Part shown: positions 58,127 to 64,000 of the stretch, in pieces | How the letters are laid out: the number at the start of each line of letters is the position of its first letter | Position numbering within the stretch: position 1 is the stretch's first letter | Origin: Amphiscolops sp. MND2022 | Lineage: Eukaryota | NCBI GenBank assembly: GCA_964187785.1 | Contig: OZ076409.1 | Span: 34,474,001-34,538,000 of the forward strand | DNA length: 64,000 bases | Reading direction: 5' to 3' | Position numbers and translations under genes: made by a program | Notes under the pieces: generated by a model | The model's input: only the letters and a program-made list of their open reading frames with translations | Database searches by the model: none | What the model was told of the DNA's origin: nothing

Positions 58127-59389
58127 ATGAGCGCAGCTTTGCACACAGATATGTTTTCTTTAAAAAATAAATACACTCTTGAAAAACCTATTCATAAAAT
58201 TAATTTTATAAAGTATAATCCTAGTAGTTTAGCGACAATTAACAATACAAACTCCAGTATTTCAATTAGTTTGCCAAGAGAAGATGCATACATATGTTTA
58301 CAAAATAGTTTCATAAGTCTAGAATTTGAAGTACTTAAAAACAATAATACAAGATATGCTGATGGTGATGAAATAAGCCTCGTTAACTTTGGACCAATCT
58401 CTCTATTTAGTGAAGCCAAATTAACAACAAGTTCGGGGAAACACCTAGAAAAAGTTGACAATTTGCACTTGATTTCTTTAATGTATAAACTTCTGACAAG
58501 CACTAAATCCACAAGTGAGTTGTTGTATGGGTTTGAAGAAAGTACTAGTGTCAGAAGACAAGAACTAACAAACAACAAAAATGAGAAAGGAACCTTTTTT
58601 GTGAGAATAAAACTAAAAGATTTGTTTGGATTTGCTGATCAAGAAAAAATAACTTATGGGTTGGGCTACACATTAACTCTCAAACGGAACACTAACAATG
58701 ATGCGATTTTAAGAAGTGTTGGAGTGGATGCTGCAAAAGTGGTTATTAAAGACATTGGTTGGTATATTCCACACTATGTTCCATCACTGGAAAACCAACA
58801 ATTTGTCATGGACCAAATTTTAAATAAAGATCCAACCGAAATATTTTTCACAGAACGAATTATTTTTAGAAAAGATGTTAACACAAATTCGAATTGGACA
58901 TTTGAATTAGGCAGCGCGGGCGGAAATAGCAACAATGAGTCCTGTCCAACTTTTGTGATTGTTGGATTTCAAGCTAGAAATAAAATTGATTCTCAGGTTC
59001 ATGACAACTCTGTATTTGACCGGTTGCCAATTAGTAATGCTGTTTGTAAAATAGGATCAGAAAAATATCCCGATGATGGAATAGAATGTGACTACGACCG
59101 CGACAAATATGATCAAGCATACAGTGAAATAGAAAACTTCTATCACTTACATTCTGAAACTCATCTGCTCAATCCCTTCATTGATTTGCACAAATTCAGA
59201 ACAAAATACCCCCTATTTGTATTTGACCTCAGCAAACAAAAAGACCAAATAGCTTCTCAACCAATCCGTTTAGAATTTAAATTTAATGCTGCCATTGATG
59301 TAGCAAATTTTGTGGCTTATGCACTTGTATTAACCCCAAAACTAATAAGTATTAGTAGTGATGGGCAAAGGCATTTTGATTTAATATAA
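58127..59389 (+). CDS. Major capsid protein (double jelly-roll, predicted)
   Basis: 420 aa, beta-rich, P.FVIVGFQ, YP, LFVFDLSKQ pattern and Polinton context; fold not verified. Confidence 0.75.
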   Translation: MSAALHTDMFSLKNKYTLEKPIHKINFIKYNPSSLATINNTNSSISISLPREDAYICLQNSFISLEFEVLKNNNTRYADGDEISLVNFGPISLFSEAKLTTSSGKHLEKVDNLHLISLMYKLLTSTKSTSELLYGFEESTSVRRQELTNNKNEKGTFFVRIKLKDLFGFADQEKITYGLGYTLTLKRNTNNDAILRSVGVDAAKVVIKDIGWYIPHYVPSLENQQFVMDQILNKDPTEIFFTERIIFRKDVNTNSNWTFELGSAGGNSNNESCPTFVIVGFQARNKIDSQVHDNSVFDRLPISNAVCKIGSEKYPDDGIECDYDRDKYDQAYSEIENFYHLHSETHLLNPFIDLHKFRTKYPLFVFDLSKQKDQIASQPIRLEFKFNAAIDVANFVAYALVLTPKLISISSDGQRHFDLI

Positions 59390-59583
59390 TATTATAATAA
59401 TGTGATAACTAACGTGCTAATAATGCTAATAATGCTAATAATGCTAATAATGATGATAATAATGTTATGTTAATGTTATGTTAATGATATTGATAATAGT
59501 GTTATAATAAATGATAAATATAATTAGCTTCGCATAGCTTCGCGTAGCTTCGCGTAGCTTCGCGCAATCATAAGAGATGTGGG

Positions 59584-62500
59584 TCACAATAAATGGGCTC
59601 GATCACTTATCAGATTTAAAAGGTCTTGATGATTCAATTTTTCTTTCAGAGTCCAAATGTTATAGTATATTTCTTCATCTGTTTTATTTGCTGTTAATTC
59701 TTTATAATACAAGCCAACTAATTTTATACAAAGTATACAAGGACAATCACCTTTTTGTGTGTGTTTATCCCATGATAAACTTTGTATTGGATTCAAGTAC
59801 ATACGCTTGTCATCAAAAGGATTCAAAGCTAGCTTATCTTGTTTCTGAACAGTTAAGTTGTGAGCATTACTTCTAATAGAATAATTAGTTGCAGTTGTTG
59901 TTTCAGAGTTAAATAATGAATTTATAAATTGTGAATAAATTGGTGTATGTTGTATTCCTTTTTGTTTTGATTTTTGAATTGTTCTTTGCTTTGCCTCTTG
60001 CGTTAGCTTTTGTGCTGAGCCATAGCTAAAAGAATATGATTTAGATCTCAAAGCTACGAAGTTGTCTAATTCAATAATTGGTGATGTTTCTATTTTCATT
60101 TTACCTATAACTTTCTTGTTGATTGAGTTGTACAACTCATGACTTGGGTCGAGCTCGCTGAAATCAAAATCATCTTTGAAGTACTCCAAATCATTTATAA
60201 GGTCTCCAGTTTTAATACTTAGAATGAATGAGTCTGTATCCATGTAATGCAGTTTAACATTCGAACTGTAGTATGGTTGTAATTTGTGATAATAAAACTC
60301 ATACATTAACAATTTACTCAGTTCTAAAACACTAAACCCCAAGTATATTGGTTTATCAAAAATTACTTTTTCCTTATCAAACTTGTAAGCACTGAATTCG
60401 GAGTAATGATTAGTGATTCCTTTAAAGCTTAACTTCGATTGTCTTTTTATTATTTGATCAATATTGGTGTGGGGGATAAACTCTAAATTAGTCCGTTCTC
60501 TAACATTTTCCATAGTCTTGCCAAAGAAAGCGTTGTTCATTAATTTGTACAAATCCTTCTCAAAGTTTGTTTTTGCTTTGGTGCGTTTTTGTGTGTTATG
60601 ATTAATGTATTTTTCTAACCAAAGTGATTGTTTGAACCGGTAGATTGTGTGAATCTTTGTTACTTTCATTCCAATCTGTGTGTAAAACTTGAACATCCTG
60701 TAGTGCATCATATAATTATATTTGTTTGTTAGGTCACACATAAGTTTCTCGGTTGGTTTGTAGTTGGGTTGCTTTACACTGTTCATGTATTCTGAGAAAA
60801 GATTTGGATCGGCTTTTGTTTGATAAGGACAAAGTGGAAAGTTTTCGGTTTTTTCTTTAATTTCTGCTGGATATTCTAAATCACATTCTATAAAGTATCC
60901 ATATTCATTATTGTCTGGAATAAATCTCAAATCTTCTACTATTTGTTCTATTTGCGTAGCTTCGCGCGTAGCTCCGCCGTACCCTTGTGATAAATCTAGT
61001 TTTTCGAATTCACTTGTAGGAAGGTATTGACTCATTGCCCATCCATACAAGTTATTTGCATCAATGTACAGTAATTTAGTATTTTCATTTGACTCAATGA
61101 ATCTGGGTCCCATTACACTTGAAATTCCTCCGCGAATATTATTTTCAAGTAGTAATAATAACTGTTTGTCTTTTATGAAATCTAATTTAATTTTAGTAAG
61201 TTTTAAACCAGCTTTCCATGTATAACCAGGTAAAGAGTAACTGTACAACGGATTGATGCCGTACATAAGAGTGCTTGTTTCAACAAAGTTTTCGAACACG
61301 TCAGTGAGTTGTAGTACATCCATTTTTAAATATAACATTGTTAATTCTTGTGCTGTTGTAATGTTGTAAGTGTCAATCAATTGTTGGGTTCTTTTTATAT
61401 CATCCTCGCATGGGTAAGATTGATTCAGTGTTGACCAATAGTCCTCTTTTGTTAGATTTAGATTTAGTGGTTCATGCAGGTTGTTAAGATTGAATTTTTC
61501 GTATGGATAAGCTAGTTTTTTCTTAAATAAATCATCAGTTAGGCCCTCGTTTTGCATATAAGGAAAATCATTTAATGATGTTATAAGTTTTTGTAGACTA
61601 CTACTCAAAAATCTGTATGAATCTAAAAACCTTAAACAACCTACTTGCACACTTACATAATTTTCCATTGACTTTGGGATTATTTTTGGTTCACACCCCA
61701 TTTTGTAAGCTTGTGTTAAGAGTTTTTCAAAAATTAAATGACAATCATAACCACTGAAATTATGGAAAAAGATAGGAACAAACGAACTTGACTTTTTTTT
61801 ACAATTTAAATTACATTTGTTGTGGGCTGCTCCTCGGTACTTGCCTGTAAGATGATCATGATCTCGAACTTTATCATTATCGAGTGGATTTTCACAAAGC
61901 CAACACACTTTGGATTGTTGAAATGATTCTTCTTCTTCGGGGGTTATTTCAAGAGGTAAATTTGTTTCAAAATAGTTACTAGCAATGTTTTCTAGAGTCA
62001 ACATTTCATTTACAAACCATGTTACACACGGTTCACCAAAGTATGAGCTGTAATTATTACCAAATGGTGAAATTATATAAAACCCTACTGCAATTGGAAT
62101 TTGTTTAAATAATACTTTGGGCGCAGCTTCGCGGTCACCTGTTGGTTGATTAATACATTCAAAATCTGCATATACTCTTATTGGTACGGGAACTTTCATA
62201 TGATAATCTTCGAACTTTAAGTGATCCTTCCAACTGAATGTGATATTAGTTGGTTGTTGTTTTATACATCTTTCTATATGATCAAGTAGAACTGGTTGTG
62301 AACTAAATGTAGTTAGGCATCTTCTACACACCCATTTCATGTGCGAATCTTTATTTAATAAACAATGCAGTTTTGTTATTAAACAATAGTGATTTTGATA
62401 CAGCATTAAATCTATTTGTGGTTGATCATAGTTTGTGTTAATATGAATTGGTGTTAAAACTGTTTTTGTGAGTTCAAATACATTTACGTTTAAATTATTT

Positions 62501-63426
62501 AAGTTTTCAAACTTGGGAATATCTTTAATTTTCATGGGGAATTCTAAACCATTTGAAATGAGTTTGTTCAGATTCATTGAATAACTTGATGTTCTATTTT
62601 TATGATCCTCAACGGGAAAAAGGTGTGCTAGGATACACCATAAAAAACAATATTGATCATCATTTTTTATATTTATAATTGATTTATTATTCTTATATTT
62701 TTCTGGCAACTCAACCCATGAAGAAGCTTGAATATCATTGACTTTATATACCTCCATTATAACATTGACAATACCGTTTAACACAAAACCTGATCCTTCT
62801 AATTGTTCATCATCTAATTTCTGCATTAATATGTTGTGAATATTTGGGTTTGTGCCGAAGGCAGTCTGTGTGTGATTGTAATTAAAATCTGATTTAACCC
62901 ATTTGTGAAATACGTTTTCTTCTCCATTAACTATTTTTGAAAACTTAGCTAAATAACTCAATTGGAACTTGTATCGGGGAAAGAAGCTAGTTTTTAGTAA
63001 ATCATTAATCTGTTCTTCAAGATGATTTGTTGGATTTACTCTCAGTTTAATGTATGTTTTTTCATTCACAATTATTTCTACACCAGTTCCTACGTTAGTT
63101 CCTACGTTAGTTCCTACTCCATGTAGTGTATTGTTTATAGCATTATTCTGACTTCTTAACGTGTGAATTTCACTTTGAAAATGTCTTGAATTACTTATAT
63201 ATTTACCACAATCTTCACACCAAATTTGTGTAGCTTCGCGTTGTTGTTTGGTTTTGTTTTTATGTTCATCTGAATTCAGATGATTAGACTTGTCAGACAA
63301 TGGCATAAATGTATTACATTTTTTACAATAATATTGATTTAATTTTTGTAAATGTTTTATTGATTTTAGATGATCGGACTTGTAAGCTTTTTTATAATCA
63401 GAATTACAAATACTGCAGTTCTCCAT
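59584..63426 (-). CDS. polB: Protein-primed family B DNA polymerase with N-terminal zinc fingers
   Basis: YADFE, FHNFSGYD, YIDANNLYG, KLMNNAFFGK, YMDTDS; endonuclease-VII-like insert CWLC..RDHDH.TGKYRGAAH..CN. Confidence 0.97.
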   Translation of the reverse strand: MENCSICNSDYKKAYKSDHLKSIKHLQKLNQYYCKKCNTFMPLSDKSNHLNSDEHKNKTKQQREATQIWCEDCGKYISNSRHFQSEIHTLRSQNNAINNTLHGVGTNVGTNVGTGVEIIVNEKTYIKLRVNPTNHLEEQINDLLKTSFFPRYKFQLSYLAKFSKIVNGEENVFHKWVKSDFNYNHTQTAFGTNPNIHNILMQKLDDEQLEGSGFVLNGIVNVIMEVYKVNDIQASSWVELPEKYKNNKSIINIKNDDQYCFLWCILAHLFPVEDHKNRTSSYSMNLNKLISNGLEFPMKIKDIPKFENLNNLNVNVFELTKTVLTPIHINTNYDQPQIDLMLYQNHYCLITKLHCLLNKDSHMKWVCRRCLTTFSSQPVLLDHIERCIKQQPTNITFSWKDHLKFEDYHMKVPVPIRVYADFECINQPTGDREAAPKVLFKQIPIAVGFYIISPFGNNYSSYFGEPCVTWFVNEMLTLENIASNYFETNLPLEITPEEEESFQQSKVCWLCENPLDNDKVRDHDHLTGKYRGAAHNKCNLNCKKKSSSFVPIFFHNFSGYDCHLIFEKLLTQAYKMGCEPKIIPKSMENYVSVQVGCLRFLDSYRFLSSSLQKLITSLNDFPYMQNEGLTDDLFKKKLAYPYEKFNLNNLHEPLNLNLTKEDYWSTLNQSYPCEDDIKRTQQLIDTYNITTAQELTMLYLKMDVLQLTDVFENFVETSTLMYGINPLYSYSLPGYTWKAGLKLTKIKLDFIKDKQLLLLLENNIRGGISSVMGPRFIESNENTKLLYIDANNLYGWAMSQYLPTSEFEKLDLSQGYGGATREATQIEQIVEDLRFIPDNNEYGYFIECDLEYPAEIKEKTENFPLCPYQTKADPNLFSEYMNSVKQPNYKPTEKLMCDLTNKYNYMMHYRMFKFYTQIGMKVTKIHTIYRFKQSLWLEKYINHNTQKRTKAKTNFEKDLYKLMNNAFFGKTMENVRERTNLEFIPHTNIDQIIKRQSKLSFKGITNHYSEFSAYKFDKEKVIFDKPIYLGFSVLELSKLLMYEFYYHKLQPYYSSNVKLHYMDTDSFILSIKTGDLINDLEYFKDDFDFSELDPSHELYNSINKKVIGKMKIETSPIIELDNFVALRSKSYSFSYGSAQKLTQEAKQRTIQKSKQKGIQHTPIYSQFINSLFNSETTTATNYSIRSNAHNLTVQKQDKLALNPFDDKRMYLNPIQSLSWDKHTQKGDCPCILCIKLVGLYYKELTANKTDEEIYYNIWTLKEKLNHQDLLNLISDRAHLL

Positions 63427-63548
63427 TTATTTATAATAAATTTATGAATTTAATGGCAGCATATTTTGTGTAGCTTCGCAATAGTATATTTTTCAATTAT
63501 TAGTGTTAATTTTTATTTTATTTTTTATGTTAAAATTGAATAAATTAA

Positions 63549-64000
63549 TTATAAAAAATTGTGTGGTTTAAGTGGTATTGTTGGTGGTGTGTGTGAAGCT
63601 ACTTGTGATTTTGTATGCGAAGCTGTGATTTTGTGTGATTTTGTGTGAATTTCCTGTGAAGCTGTGTTAGCTGTCGCGTTAGCTGTCGCGTTAGCTGTTG
63701 CGTTAGCTGTTGCGTTAGCTGTCGCCTGATAATATTCAAATTGAGTCACAAATCGATGATATTCTTTTTCATCTATACAGTTGTCTTTTAGGCTAGTGAC
63801 ATAAAGTTGTCTAAAGTCGTCAAGAGTCTTCTGAATAATAGTGTACTTAAGTTTATAATTTTGCTCCTTTTTCTTCAAATAACTAGAACAAATCTTAACA
63901 AGGATACCAGTTGTACAACCAACTCCTGCAGCGATTGGAACAACTATAATACCCACACCAGTAATACTTAGTGAGATTGATGCTGAAGTTGTTCCAATCA
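63549..64000 (-). CDS. Hydrophobic/TM Polinton protein, 5' end outside the window
   Basis: Frame stays open to the window edge (IGTTSASISLSITGVGIIVVPIAAGVG); homologous remnant at 929-1200. Confidence 0.75.
   Translation of the reverse strand, partial: IGTTSASISLSITGVGIIVVPIAAGVGCTTGILVKICSSYLKKKEQNYKLKYTIIQKTLDDFRQLYVTSLKDNCIDEKEYHRFVTQFEYYQATANATANATANATANATANTASQEIHTKSHKITASHTKSQVASHTPPTIPLKPHNFL

Larger units (their letters stand above)
50374..64000 (+). mobile_element. Intact Polinton/Maverick (adintovirus-like endogenous DNA virus), extends beyond the window
   Basis: Uninterrupted pPolB, rve integrase, protease, ATPases and capsid genes. Candidate left terminus AGTAGT at 50374 is typical of Polinton ends but unconfirmed because the right TIR is not in the window. 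Confidence 0.95.

Overview
AT-rich eukaryotic (animal-like) genomic DNA dense in mobile elements. One host gene is present: a spliced Cys-loop ligand-gated ion channel subunit (nAChR-like, non-alpha, + strand, 8 exons reconstructed by eye, 11786-43606). Its introns hold a ~180-bp-satellite-bearing dispersed repeat (two copies), an intact zinc-finger tyrosine-recombinase (Crypton-like) element with an inverted decayed sister, each bounded by (AAT)n, a 5'-truncated CR1/L2-type LINE and a 4 x 1.4-kb tandem array. A decayed Ty1/copia element follows the gene. The right end (~50374 to beyond 64000) is an apparently intact Polinton/Maverick (adintovirus-like) element encoding an adenain protease, penton, pVI-like protein, two packaging-type ATPases, rve integrase, major capsid protein and protein-primed PolB. 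A decayed, inverted relative occupies ~0.2-6 kb. Most notable: (1) all 10 complete Polinton ORFs start in an ATAAATG context resembling the poxvirus late promoter; (2) a tRNA-like, Pol III-type structured RNA cassette near the Polinton left end, possibly analogous to adenovirus VA RNA; (3) a GCG-N-AGCT-N-CGC palindrome scattered through the Polinton, including in-frame inside its proteins; (4) microsatellite-bounded tyrosine-recombinase elements with CATAGAG subterminal repeats. All family assignments come from motifs recognised by eye; no searches were run.
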